Positions 41,010 through 50,647 are shown, counted from the stretch's first letter. The stretch: DNA of 64,000 nucleotides from Polyangiaceae bacterium (GCA_035063585.1 JAPSGB010000008.1:96001-160000); one strand, 5' to 3'. The notes: a model not told the origin generated them from the letters alone. Numbers and translations: made by a program.

Positions 41010-41570
41010 TCAATTGCGTCGCGAGCCTTGCCCAATCCGGCGGAGCGAGCGGGTCGTCCACCAGACGCCGGCCGTGAGCACCGCGCTCATCCAGAGGAGC
41101 GAGTAGCCGAGCGAGCCGCCGGCCACCGCGCGCTGCCCGAAGTCGCCATGGTACTGGGCGAAGGTCGCCTGGACCGAGAGCCGCCGGAAGCAGAGGCCCA
41201 CGAACAGCACCGGCGCGAGCGCAGGCGCGGCGGCGAACCGCACGACGCCGCCGAGCCGATGCACGCTCGCGGCCCGAGCCGCGGCGAGGAAACCGACCGG
41301 CACGCTCGCCGCGTCGACCAGCACGAGCGCGAGATCGACCGCTGCCGGCAGGCGCTGCGTGTCGATGAGATAGGCGAACGACCAGTCGGGGTTGAACGCC
41401 ATGAAGTACGCTGCGACCGGCGCGAACACGAGCAACCCGAACCAGCTGACGACGACCAGCGAGCGGCTCGTTGCACCGGACCCGGTAGCGCGCCCGAGCT
41501 CGCCTGCCGCCGCCCACGCGAACGCGACGCCGAGGCAGAAGCCGATGAAGGGCGCGACGGGAGCGGGCAT
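41010..41570 (-). CDS. Hypothetical polytopic membrane protein
   Basis: Start re-picked at MPAPVAPF; about 5 hydrophobic segments. Confidence 0.65.
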   Translation of the reverse strand: MPAPVAPFIGFCLGVAFAWAAAGELGRATGSGATSRSLVVVSWFGLLVFAPVAAYFMAFNPDWSFAYLIDTQRLPAAVDLALVLVDAASVPVGFLAAARAASVHRLGGVVRFAAAPALAPVLFVGLCFRRLSVQATFAQYHGDFGQRAVAGGSLGYSLLWMSAVLTAGVWWTTRSLRRIGQGSRRN

Positions 41571-41641
41571 CGGGCGCGAGCCTACCTCAGCACGGCCGCG
41601 GGTCTGGCGAAAGCCGGCAGAGTGGACTAGATGCTCCCGCG

Positions 41642-42415
41642 ATGGACCCGGATCGGCTGCGGGAGCTCCTCGAAGCGGTGAAGGCCGGCGGGGCGACGGT
41701 GGACGCGGCGCTCGACCAGCTGCGTAAGCTGCCATTTTTCGATCTCGGCTACGCGCGCGTCGATCACCACCGCGCGCTCCGGCAGGGAATGCCCGAGGTC
41801 ATCCTCGGCGAGGCGAAGACGCCGGAGCAGATCGCCGGAATCGCCGGGCAGCTCGCGCGCGCCGGGCAGAACGTCCTCGTGACCCGCGTCGAGGCGGAGA
41901 AGGCGGCCCGGCTCCGAGAGCTCTATCCGGAGCTCACGTATCGTGAGCTGGCGCGCGTCGTGACGCTCGAGCAGCACCCGCCGCGACCGCGTCCGATCGC
42001 CGCGGTGCCCGTCGTGACGGCGGGCACGAGCGACATCCCCGTCGCCGAGGAGGCCTGCGAGACGCTCCGCCTGTGCGGCATCGCGGCCGAGCGCGTCTAT
42101 GACGTCGGCGTGGCGGGGATTCACCGGCTGGTCGGCGAGCTCGACCTCCTCTCGACCGCGGCCGCGGTCATCGTGGTAGCTGGCATGGAGGGGGCGCTCG
42201 CGAGCGTGGTCGGTGGCCTGCTCGGCTGTCCGGTCATCGCGGTGCCGACCTCGATCGGCTACGGCGCCTCGCTCGGCGGGCTCACGGCGCTCTTCGGCAT
42301 GCTCTCGGGCTGCGCCTCGGGGGTCACGGTCGTGAACATCGACAACGGTTTCGGCGCCGCGATGGCGGTCGCGCGCATGGCGTTCGCCCGCGAGCACGCC
42401 TCGGGGGCAGCGTGA
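41642..42415 (+). CDS. larB: Nickel-pincer cofactor biosynthesis protein LarB
   Basis: DHHR..R.G.PEV, AGTSDIPVAEE, DVGVAGIHRL, GMEGAL, VVNIDNGFGA. Confidence 0.95.
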   Translation: MDPDRLRELLEAVKAGGATVDAALDQLRKLPFFDLGYARVDHHRALRQGMPEVILGEAKTPEQIAGIAGQLARAGQNVLVTRVEAEKAARLRELYPELTYRELARVVTLEQHPPRPRPIAAVPVVTAGTSDIPVAEEACETLRLCGIAAERVYDVGVAGIHRLVGELDLLSTAAAVIVVAGMEGALASVVGGLLGCPVIAVPTSIGYGASLGGLTALFGMLSGCASGVTVVNIDNGFGAAMAVARMAFAREHASGAA

Positions 42416-43779
42416 GCCACGGCCACCCGCACGAGCACGGCCACTCGCACGAGCACGGCCACTCGCACGAGCACGGCCACTCGCACGAGCACGGCCACTC
42501 GCACGAGCACGACCACTCGCACGAGCACGGCCACCACGCCGGCGCGGCTCGTGCGCCCGAGGCGCATCGCTCCGCGCTCGAGCGGGGGGCTGGGCGGGGC
42601 GCGACGCTCTTCCTCGATACCTTCAGCGGGATCGCCGGGGACATGACCATCGCCGCGCTGGTCGATCTGGGCGTGCCGTTCGAGGTGGTGCGGCGCGCGG
42701 TCGCAGCCCTGCCGCTCGAGGGCGTCGAGCTCGAGCTCGAGGCGACCTTTGCGGGCGCGATCGGCGCGACGCGCTTCGACGTGCGCTGCGCGAGCGGGCA
42801 GGGTGAGCGGAGCTTTGGCGAGATCGACCGGATGCTCGCGGGCGCCCCGCTCGACGACGCGGTCCGCGCTCTCGCGCGGCGGATCTTTCGCTCGCTCGCC
42901 GAAGCGGAGAGTGAGGTGCACCGCATCGCCATCGAGGAAGTGCATTTTCACGAGGTCGGCGCGGTCGACGCGCTCGTCGACATCGTCGGCGCGGCGGCGT
43001 GCTTCACCCACCTCGGCGCAGAGGACGTCGCGGTGACGCCGCTCCCCATGGGCCGCGGCACGGTGGAGTGTCGTCATGGAATCTTGCCGCTGCCGGCTCC
43101 CGCGACGGTCGCTTGCCTCCGCGGGCTCCCGACCGTCGACGCTGGAATCGAGGCCGAGCTGGTCACGCCGACCGGCGCCGCCATCGTCGCCACCGTCGCG
43201 ACCCGCTTCACGGCGTGGCCCGCGTTCGCGCCGGAGCGCATCGGCTGGGGCGCTGGAACGCGTAGGCTCGCGGATCGCCCGAACGCGCTGCGCGTCGTGC
43301 TCGGGCGCGCGCCCGACGCGCAGCCGCGCGAGCAGCCGACGCACGAGATCGTCGAGACCAACGTCGACGACATGACCGGCGAGCTCGCCGCGCACGTGAT
43401 CGAGGCGCTCCTCGGCGCCGGGGCGCTCGACGCCTGGGCGAGCCCGGTGATCATGAAGAAGGGGCGGCCGGCGCTGGTCATCTCGGCGCTCGGACCGCTC
43501 GGCGCCGGGGAGCGTCTCGCCGAGGTGATGCTCGAGGAGTCGAGCTCGCTCGGCGTCCGTCGCTACGGCGTCGCTCGCCTCGAGCGCCCTCGCCGGGTGG
43601 AGCTCGTCAGCACGCGCTTCGGAGTCATCCCGGTCAAGGTGAGCGGCGGCCCGTACGGCCCTCCCCAGATGAAACCGGAGTTCGACGCCTGCGCGCGCGC
43701 CGCGCGGGACGCGGGCGTGCCGGTCCGCGAGGTGCTCTCCGAGGCGCTCGCGGCGTTCAGTCAGGCCGCTCGAGGGTGA
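42412..43779 (+). CDS. larC: Nickel-pincer cofactor nickel insertase LarC
   Basis: SGIAGDM, HFHEVGAVD, HG.LP.PAPAT, ELVTPTGAA, ETNVDD, MKKGRP, KPEF. Confidence 0.95.
   Translation: MSHGHPHEHGHSHEHGHSHEHGHSHEHGHSHEHDHSHEHGHHAGAARAPEAHRSALERGAGRGATLFLDTFSGIAGDMTIAALVDLGVPFEVVRRAVAALPLEGVELELEATFAGAIGATRFDVRCASGQGERSFGEIDRMLAGAPLDDAVRALARRIFRSLAEAESEVHRIAIEEVHFHEVGAVDALVDIVGAAACFTHLGAEDVAVTPLPMGRGTVECRHGILPLPAPATVACLRGLPTVDAGIEAELVTPTGAAIVATVATRFTAWPAFAPERIGWGAGTRRLADRPNALRVVLGRAPDAQPREQPTHEIVETNVDDMTGELAAHVIEALLGAGALDAWASPVIMKKGRPALVISALGPLGAGERLAEVMLEESSSLGVRRYGVARLERPRRVELVSTRFGVIPVKVSGGPYGPPQMKPEFDACARAARDAGVPVREVLSEALAAFSQAARG
42418..42537 (+). repeat. Coding 18-bp tandem repeat (HGHSHE)n
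   Basis: cacggccactcgcacgag x6 (two variant units) plus HGHH; 21 His. Confidence 0.95.
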
Positions 43780-44407
43780 GGCCGGCCGCCTCCCACCCGA
43801 GGACGCCACCATCGAGGAACGCCACCGGGACGCCCTGCTCGGCGAGCTTGGCGGCGAGCTCCTTCGTCTTGTCACCGGAACGGCAGTAGACGACCGGCGG
43901 CGACGGCAGCATGTGAAGCTCCGCCAGGCGCGTCTCGAGCTCGTCGAGCGGCATGTTGACGGCGCCGGCGAGGTGCGCCCGCTGGAACACCGCCGGCTCG
44001 CGCGTGTCGACCAGGCTCACCGCGCCCCGCTTCTGGAGCGCGGCGACCTCCTCCGGCTTCAGCGCGCCCGCGGCGCGCGGCAAGAGCGGCTCGATGAGCT
44101 CGCGGAGCTGCGCCTTTCGCAGGGCGCCGACCTTCCCGTTCACGGGCTGCCCGCGATCGAAGACCACGAAGGTCGGGACCGACTGCACGCCCATCTCGCG
44201 CGCCAGCATCGGAGCCCGGTCGATGTCGATGGACACCACCTTGGCCTTGCCCTCGAGCTCGCTCGCGAGCGCCGCGAGCTCGGGTGCCACCGTCTTGCAC
44301 GGGCCGCACCACTCCGCCCCGAATTCGACCAGCACGGGAAGCTCGCTTCGGAGGATTTCCTTCTCGAAGTTCTGCTCGGTGACCGCGAGGACCATGGGTG
44401 CCTTCAT
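43757..44407 (-). CDS. Thioredoxin-rhodanese fusion protein
   Basis: WCGPC thioredoxin domain; then VDTRE..F...HLAGA, YCRSG, L.GG..GW rhodanese domain. Confidence 0.9.
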   Translation of the reverse strand: MKAPMVLAVTEQNFEKEILRSELPVLVEFGAEWCGPCKTVAPELAALASELEGKAKVVSIDIDRAPMLAREMGVQSVPTFVVFDRGQPVNGKVGALRKAQLRELIEPLLPRAAGALKPEEVAALQKRGAVSLVDTREPAVFQRAHLAGAVNMPLDELETRLAELHMLPSPPVVYCRSGDKTKELAAKLAEQGVPVAFLDGGVLGWEAAGLTLERPD

Positions 44408-45279
44408 AGTCCGCTCGGGGCTCGCCGCAAGCGCTGCCTTCGCGCGAGCGCGTCGTCGAGGCCCAGCGCGACCAGGTAGACCGACCCGGTCGTGAGGAGC
44501 GCGGCGAGCGCCGGCCACACGACCACGCCCGGGCCGCCGCCGGCGGCCAAGAGGGCGCCCCACGACGGCAGCGGCGCCGGCAAGTCGACGCCGAGGTAGC
44601 CGAGGGCGGCCTCCAGTCCGACCACGGCAGCCGCGCTGAAGGCCGCCGCGGTGAGCGCCGGAGTCAGCGCATGAGGCAAGACGTGCCTCACCAGCACCTC
44701 GCGCGGCGAGGCGCCGAGCGCGCGCGCGGCCAGCACGAACTCCTCGCCGCCGACCCGCAGCACCTCTCCGCGAGTGAGCCGCGCGATGCGCACCGCGCGC
44801 GTCACGGCGAGCGCCGCGATCAGCGAGAATGCGTCGGGCCTGTCCTGCGCCATCCACGCTACGCCCACCACGACGAGCGTGGGCCACGCCCCGAGGAATT
44901 CGACCAGCCGCGCGAGGAGCGCGTCGGCGAGCGGGGAGAGGTAGCCCGACACGACGCCGAGCGGCACCCCCAAGAGGAGGCTGAGCGCGAGCACCGCAGC
45001 CGACGTGCCGAGCGCGCCGGGGAGCCCGCGCAGGGTTTCCCGCAGCGCTTCGTGGCTGGCCATCGCGTTTCCAGCGGGAGACCGGGCGGCGTTCCGCGCC
45101 GGGCCGCCCGGCCAGCCGTCGACTCGAATCGCGGATGGGCCCGACGCGGGGTCGCGAACCAGGTGCTCGACGCGCTCGGTCGAGCGCACGTCGCTCCAGC
45201 CGAGGGCCCCGACGAACAGCGTGAGCAGTGCGAGCAGCGCGAGCGTGAGCACCCCGAGCCGAGCCAGGGCCGCGATCAT
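44404..45279 (-). CDS. OppC/DppC-like ABC permease
   Basis: EAA loop EFVLAARALGAS...RHVLP; LGYLG..P.PSWG. Confidence 0.85.
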   Translation of the reverse strand: MIAALARLGVLTLALLALLTLFVGALGWSDVRSTERVEHLVRDPASGPSAIRVDGWPGGPARNAARSPAGNAMASHEALRETLRGLPGALGTSAAVLALSLLLGVPLGVVSGYLSPLADALLARLVEFLGAWPTLVVVGVAWMAQDRPDAFSLIAALAVTRAVRIARLTRGEVLRVGGEEFVLAARALGASPREVLVRHVLPHALTPALTAAAFSAAAVVGLEAALGYLGVDLPAPLPSWGALLAAGGGPGVVVWPALAALLTTGSVYLVALGLDDALARRQRLRRAPSGL

Positions 45280-46748
45280 CCGTCGAAGGCTCCCCGCGCG
45301 CGTCTCGCGCCCGCGCGAACTCGAGGGTCGAGCGCGGCGAGCGCCAGATCGGTCGCGATCTGGAGGAGCGCCACCCCGACCACCCCGAGCAGTCCGAGCG
45401 TCATCAGCCACCCGATGTCATGAGCTCGCAGCGCCTCGACGGTGACCGCGCCGAGCCCCCCGAGGTGGAACCCTCGCTCGACCACGAAGGCCATCGTCAC
45501 CATCACGGGAGCGTCGACGGCTGCGAGCGAGAGGGTCGCAGCGCACGAGCCGCGGAGTCCCCGGAGCGCGACCCGTGTCCGCGATGCCCCGAAAGCACGC
45601 TCCGTGCGCGCCGCGTCTCCGGTCGCCAGCGAGCGCGCCGCGGCGCGCTGATGCCGCGATACGAGCGCGGCCGAGCCGAGCAGCATGAGGAGCGCCGCGC
45701 CGAGGCGGTCTCCGAGCGAGGCGTCCGCGGGGCCGAGCCACGGGGCGAGCACGGAGACGGGCAGCGCGACGAGCGAAACCGCCAGCACCGACGACGCGGC
45801 CTCGAGCCGAGACCCCGCGAAGGCCGCCCCGAGCGCTCCCCACACGGCGCCGCACAGGTACCCACCCAGCAGGCCGACCGCGAAGAGCCAGAGCGTCACG
45901 GGCGCTTGCGCGCGGAGCACGTCGAGGACACGCCGGCCGTCGCCGAGCACTCCCAGGCGATCTCCGGCAGCCTCTCGCGCCCAGTGCCCGTAGCGAGTCT
46001 CGGTGACCATCGCGCCGAGCCGCGCCGGCCCGTCGAAGGTGACATACGCTGCCTGGTTCTCGCCCCACCAGCGACGCCAACGGGTGACGACGCGGTTCGC
46101 CTCCGCAGGGGTGGCGTCGGCGGGGACGCGCCACTCGTTGCCCGTGATGTGGGCGGCGAGCCGAGTGAGGCGGTAGATCCGCGCGACGTCTTCGGCTGTG
46201 CGCGCGACGCCGAGCGTCTTCATGATGTCGGGGAGCGCGAACGTGTCGAGCCCCTGCACATCGGCGCGTCGCAGGGAAGAAGCTCGCGTCGCGGTGCGTC
46301 CGATCAGGCGCTGCGCGACCTGCGGGCGAAAGTCGATGGCTCGCTCTCGCCAGAAACGCAGCCAAAACATCACGGCGGCATCCGGCGAAGCGAGCTCTTC
46401 GGCGCTCGCCACCCCCATCCGCTCGGCGAGCGGGGTGAGCGCCTGCGCCACGCGGGCGCGACCCGCGGGCGACATCGCGTCGAGTCGCGGGAGGACGTGC
46501 GGGAGCGCCGCGCCGCCCAGGCGGACGAGCTCCCGCGCGGCGTCGGCGGAGGCCGCGTCACCGGCGGCGAGGTGAGCGGTCGCCCGGGTCGCGAGGCTCC
46601 GCACGTCGTTCGGCGATGGGTTGAAGAAGCGCGGCAAGCGCGCGCCGGGCGCGGTCGCCGCGGCGCTGGTGAGCGTGAGGAAGAGCAGGACGGACGTGGC
46701 GAGCAGCGTCGGCACGACCCAGAGGACCCGCCGGAGCGCGTGTCGCAT
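45276..46748 (-). CDS. OppB/DppB-like ABC permease with large soluble insertion
   Basis: N-terminal LRRVL..VPTLL; RYGHW; degenerate EAA RTERAFGAS; VERGF..GGLG; 490 aa versus ~310 typical. Confidence 0.75.
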   Translation of the reverse strand: MRHALRRVLWVVPTLLATSVLLFLTLTSAAATAPGARLPRFFNPSPNDVRSLATRATAHLAAGDAASADAARELVRLGGAALPHVLPRLDAMSPAGRARVAQALTPLAERMGVASAEELASPDAAVMFWLRFWRERAIDFRPQVAQRLIGRTATRASSLRRADVQGLDTFALPDIMKTLGVARTAEDVARIYRLTRLAAHITGNEWRVPADATPAEANRVVTRWRRWWGENQAAYVTFDGPARLGAMVTETRYGHWAREAAGDRLGVLGDGRRVLDVLRAQAPVTLWLFAVGLLGGYLCGAVWGALGAAFAGSRLEAASSVLAVSLVALPVSVLAPWLGPADASLGDRLGAALLMLLGSAALVSRHQRAAARSLATGDAARTERAFGASRTRVALRGLRGSCAATLSLAAVDAPVMVTMAFVVERGFHLGGLGAVTVEALRAHDIGWLMTLGLLGVVGVALLQIATDLALAALDPRVRAGARRARGAFDG

Positions 46749-46761
46749 GACGAGCGGGCTC

Positions 46762-47979
46762 TCAGTGCTTGGCGAGCACCCAGTAGCCGGTCACGGCGAC
46801 GAGCAGGAGGGCGCTCAGCATCAGCAGCCCGACCACCGAGGGAGGCAGGCCGCTGGTCGGCAGCTCTACCGGATCGTCATCGGCCTGGTAGGGAGCGGGC
46901 GGCGGAAACGACGAGGGGCGCGCAAGGGTTGCTGCCGCCGGCGCGGGTTGCGCCGCCTGCGCGGCGGGCGCGGTGATTCCCACCATCGTGTGCCCGACTC
47001 GCAGGCGGCGGGACTCGCGCTGCACCTCCTCGCTCTCTCTGATCGGCGCGGGCTCCGATGGGGGAGCGGGCTCGGCGGCACGCGCCTCGGCCTGCTCGAG
47101 CTCCGGCAGCGCGTACTTCTGGTAGCGGGCAGGCTCGTGGTGCTCGCTGAGCGGAGGAACTCCGTCGCCGTCGAAGCGCGCCACGATCACCGTGATGTTG
47201 TCGTGTCCTCCGGCGAGGTTCGCGCGTTCCGTGAGCACCTTGCAGGCGTCGATGGGCTCCGGGTTCGCGAGCAAGACCTCGCGGATCTCGTGCGATCGGA
47301 TCATCCCCGACAGACCATCGGAGCAGATCATCAGCAGGTCGTTCTGGCAGAGATCGATGTAGGTGAGATCCACCTGCACGGTCTCCGCGGTGCCGAGCGC
47401 CTGCAGGATGATGTTGTTGTGCTCGAAGGTCTCTGCTTCTTCCTCGGTGAGCTGTCCCGCCTCGATGAGCTGCGTTACCAGCGACTGGTCGCGGGTCACC
47501 TGGGTCAGCACGCCGCCGCGGAGCAGGTATGCGCGGCTGTCGCCGACTTGAGCCAGGAAGAGGCGAGGGCCGAGCAGCGCGGTGATGGTCGAGGTCGTGC
47601 CCATGCCGCGCCGTGAGCGGTCCGCGCGGGCCTCGGTGAAGATCCGTATCCCGGCCTCTTCGACCGCGCGCACCAGTCGCCGGGCGAGCTCGTCCTCGGC
47701 TTCGGGCGGATCGCCCTGGCTGAGCTTCTCGTAGATGATGTCGACCGCGAGCTGGCTCGCGACCTCGCCGGCCGCGGCGCCGCCCATCCCGTCGCACACC
47801 CCCATCACGGTTCCGCGCTCGCCGACCGTCTGGTGGCGATCGGCCTCCATGAGGCTCCGGCTCCGCCGGGTTAGATCCGCGATGAGGAAATTGTCCTCAT
47901 TGTGCTCGCGGATCTGGCCGACGTCGGTGCGGCCGAAGAGGCTGATCCGAACCTCTCCCCGGTGCCGAGCGCCGCTCAT
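46762..47979 (-). CDS. PP2C-family Ser/Thr phosphatase with C-terminal TM
   Basis: TDVGQIREHNED, CDGMGG, MGTT, VGDSRAY, CSDGL, GGHDNIT. Confidence 0.95.
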   Translation of the reverse strand: MSGARHRGEVRISLFGRTDVGQIREHNEDNFLIADLTRRSRSLMEADRHQTVGERGTVMGVCDGMGGAAAGEVASQLAVDIIYEKLSQGDPPEAEDELARRLVRAVEEAGIRIFTEARADRSRRGMGTTSTITALLGPRLFLAQVGDSRAYLLRGGVLTQVTRDQSLVTQLIEAGQLTEEEAETFEHNNIILQALGTAETVQVDLTYIDLCQNDLLMICSDGLSGMIRSHEIREVLLANPEPIDACKVLTERANLAGGHDNITVIVARFDGDGVPPLSEHHEPARYQKYALPELEQAEARAAEPAPPSEPAPIRESEEVQRESRRLRVGHTMVGITAPAAQAAQPAPAAATLARPSSFPPPAPYQADDDPVELPTSGLPPSVVGLLMLSALLLVAVTGYWVLAKH

Positions 47980-49310
47980 GCCGGGGCCCATCCGCTCCGC
48001 GCGAGGTCGAGCCGGAACAAGTGCTGGCCGATCCGCAGGTGGTCCCCCGGCTCGATCTCGACCTCTGCACGGATCGCCAGGTAGGTGCCGTTCGAGGAAC
48101 CGAGGTCGCGGAGGGTGTACTTTCCTTCGCCTTCTTGGGAGATGCTGGCGTGACGCCGACTCATGAAAGGGTCCGTGGTGAAGACGATATTGCCTGATTC
48201 GCGACCGATCACGGTTTCTTTTTCCGAGAGGTAGAAGACGTCCCGAATCGTCCCCTCCACCGTTCGCCGACACAAGCGGGCGTGCCAGGGCGAGGCCGGC
48301 GACCCAAAGACCAGCGTGCCTCGCTCGGTCGCCGGGCCGAGCCCCTTCTCCGTGTCGCTCACGGCCTCGAACCTTAACACCTCGAGGCCGACCAATACCA
48401 AGTCGGCGTGGTGGAGCGGCTCCGGTCGCCGCAATCTCACGTAGATGCCATTTACCGACTCGAGGTCGCGGACGAAGAAGCGGCTGCCCCGCCGGACGAC
48501 TCGGGCGTGCCGGGGGGACACGTACGGGTCGTTCGGCAGCAGGATTTCTCCCTCCTCCCGGCCGATGTCGGTCTGGTCCGCGCTAAGCTCGTAGGTATTG
48601 CCGGCGGTGCCGTCCTGGGCGATGACGACGAGGCGCGCCGGCGAGACCGGCGGCGCGCCGACGTACTGGGCCACCGTCGCCGGCTGTCGGGCGGAGGCCG
48701 ACGGACGCGGCGGCTGGGACCGCGGAGCAGGAGCCGTCGAGGGGGGCGCCTCGACGCTCACGGCTGGGCGTGACGCCGCCGGGTGGGGCTGGGCCGGCGC
48801 GGCCGGCGGCGCGCCCGCGGTCGCCGGATCGAGCCGCGCCCCGCAGAATTGGCAGAAGCTCATGGGCCCGACGTTGGTTCCGCGGCACCGGGCGCACACG
48901 ACGCGCGGCTCCGGGGAGGCGGGCGGACCGGTGACCTCCACCACCCGAGCGCCCACCACGTGCACGGGCTGCGCCTCCCGCGGCGCGGGAGGCGCGGGCG
49001 CGGTCGCCTCGGCGGGCGCCGGGTTCAGCGGTACTCCGCACTCCGCGCAGAAGCGGCTGCCCGACAGGTTGACGGTGCGGCAACGCGCGCAGAGCACTCC
49101 GGAGGGGCGAGTCGGAGCAGCGCGCGGGGAGAAGTCGAAGCTCGGCGCGGCCGGTCGCGAGCGCACGGCGCTCGGATCAAAGAGTTGCGGGGGCACCGCC
49201 GGCACGCCACGCGGCGGCGTCGGCTCGACCGGCGCTGCGAGTCGGTTCCCGCAGTCTTGGCAGAACCTGAGCTGGTCCGGGTTGTCCCGCCCGCAGCGGC
49301 TGCACCTCAC
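47976..49310 (-). CDS. Triple zinc-ribbon plus tandem FHA domain protein
   Basis: Three C..C....FC..CG motifs; two FHA domains (IGR..SPRHA..S.NG; IGR..SRRHA..SSNGT); start GTG 49310. Confidence 0.9.
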   Translation of the reverse strand: MRCSRCGRDNPDQLRFCQDCGNRLAAPVEPTPPRGVPAVPPQLFDPSAVRSRPAAPSFDFSPRAAPTRPSGVLCARCRTVNLSGSRFCAECGVPLNPAPAEATAPAPPAPREAQPVHVVGARVVEVTGPPASPEPRVVCARCRGTNVGPMSFCQFCGARLDPATAGAPPAAPAQPHPAASRPAVSVEAPPSTAPAPRSQPPRPSASARQPATVAQYVGAPPVSPARLVVIAQDGTAGNTYELSADQTDIGREEGEILLPNDPYVSPRHARVVRRGSRFFVRDLESVNGIYVRLRRPEPLHHADLVLVGLEVLRFEAVSDTEKGLGPATERGTLVFGSPASPWHARLCRRTVEGTIRDVFYLSEKETVIGRESGNIVFTTDPFMSRRHASISQEGEGKYTLRDLGSSNGTYLAIRAEVEIEPGDHLRIGQHLFRLDLARSGWAPA

Positions 49311-49357
49311 ACGAGCAGGGGAACCCTCTCCTACCAGCCGAGTCAAGCGGGATCCTC

Positions 49358-50005
49358 CTACCACCGCGGCAGCGGGTCGCGAACCTCGACGATGACCTCG
49401 AGGGCCATGAGTTGGGCGAGCCCGAACCCGAGGAATCGGTCCGCGCGGCGCTGGTGCGCGTCGTCGGTCCAGCCGCGGAGCAGGAGGGCGCGGTAGGCGA
49501 CGCCGGCCCCGACCACGGCGGTTCGAGTGAGCTGATACTCGACGCCGGCGCCGAGGAAGCTCACGACCCCGCCCGTGTCCGTGCCCCACTCGTTGCCGTA
49601 GAAGGCGGCCCCGAGCCCTCCGGTCAGGTACGGTGTGGTCCGGTTCCCGGTGTCGAAATAGTAGCGAAATTCGCCTCGAAGTTGCTGCAGGATCCCCAGC
49701 CGGAGCAGGTTGGACGAGTCCTGGCGCGAGAACTCGTAGGCGCCGCCTGCATACCACGGGCCCCGGGAACGGTAGCCGACTCGGATGGCCGGCCCGAGCC
49801 CTGAACCCAGGATGCAGGGCGTCGTAGCGTCGGCTGGGCAGACGTCTCCGGCCGAGAGGACGGTCTCGGTGGACAGCGCGGCGCCATACTGCGCGTAGTG
49901 GAAGTTCGTGGGCGGGGGCCGCACGGGTTCCGCGCCCGCTCTCGGCGAGGTCGCCGCCGCGACCGCGACCGCTACCGCGGTGAGGCCTCGAGTTCGCCCT
50001 CGCAT
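49358..50005 (-). CDS. Probable outer-membrane beta-barrel protein
   Basis: Signal peptide AGA|E; TPYLTGGLG, GAGVEYQL strands. Confidence 0.65.
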   Translation of the reverse strand: MRGRTRGLTAVAVAVAAATSPRAGAEPVRPPPTNFHYAQYGAALSTETVLSAGDVCPADATTPCILGSGLGPAIRVGYRSRGPWYAGGAYEFSRQDSSNLLRLGILQQLRGEFRYYFDTGNRTTPYLTGGLGAAFYGNEWGTDTGGVVSFLGAGVEYQLTRTAVVGAGVAYRALLLRGWTDDAHQRRADRFLGFGLAQLMALEVIVEVRDPLPRW

Positions 50006-50182
50006 CGGCTCTTGCCTACACCAATCGGGGCGGGATCGCCCGTTCTCGGAGGCGCCCGGCCCGCCATCGCGGCCGGCCGGTCCTCCACCGCCCGGCGCCA
50101 CCGCGCGGCCCGGAACCCCCGATGAGCGTCGACTCGACGGGCTCGGCAGCGCAGCCCCCGGGCTCCATCGTCGTCACCGGCC

Positions 50183-50212
50183 TTGACTATCCCGCGAGCC
50201 ATCGTCTAAACG
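50183..50212 (+). promoter_or_regulatory. Sigma70-type promoter candidate
   Basis: TTGACT-N18-TAAACG, 30 bp before the ATG at 50243. Confidence 0.45.
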
Positions 50213-50242
50213 CGGGGCGAGGTTCACGGAGAGAAGAGCCAG

Positions 50243-50647
50243 ATGGAGATCTACCTCGACAGACGCGCCGTCCGGCAGGTTCGATTGTCCGCCGAGGAGG
50301 CGATCGAAGAGGGCGACACCGAATCGCTCGGCGAGGACATCCTCGAGGCGTTCACGGAGGAGCAGGTAGAGGAGATCGAGCGCCGCCTGGACAACGGCGA
50401 CTTCTACGAGTTTCTCACCGACGTGATCGACGAGTGGAGCGGCGACGACGTCGATGAGCTCCTCGAGCTCCTCGAGACTCAGCTCGGCGAGCTCGGCATC
50501 GATCTCAAGACCGAAGTCAAGGGCGAGGCCGACGAAGAGGGCTCCGACGCCCACGAAGACGATGACGAGGACGGCGAGGACAGCGACGAGGACGACGATG
50601 AGCTCGACGCCGACGCCGACGACGAAGCAGAGGAAGAAGGCGACTGA
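50243..50647 (+). CDS. Small, extremely acidic hypothetical protein
   Basis: 134 aa, 59 D/E by hand count; GGAGA RBS-like site. Confidence 0.8.
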   Translation: MEIYLDRRAVRQVRLSAEEAIEEGDTESLGEDILEAFTEEQVEEIERRLDNGDFYEFLTDVIDEWSGDDVDELLELLETQLGELGIDLKTEVKGEADEEGSDAHEDDDEDGEDSDEDDDELDADADDEAEEEGD

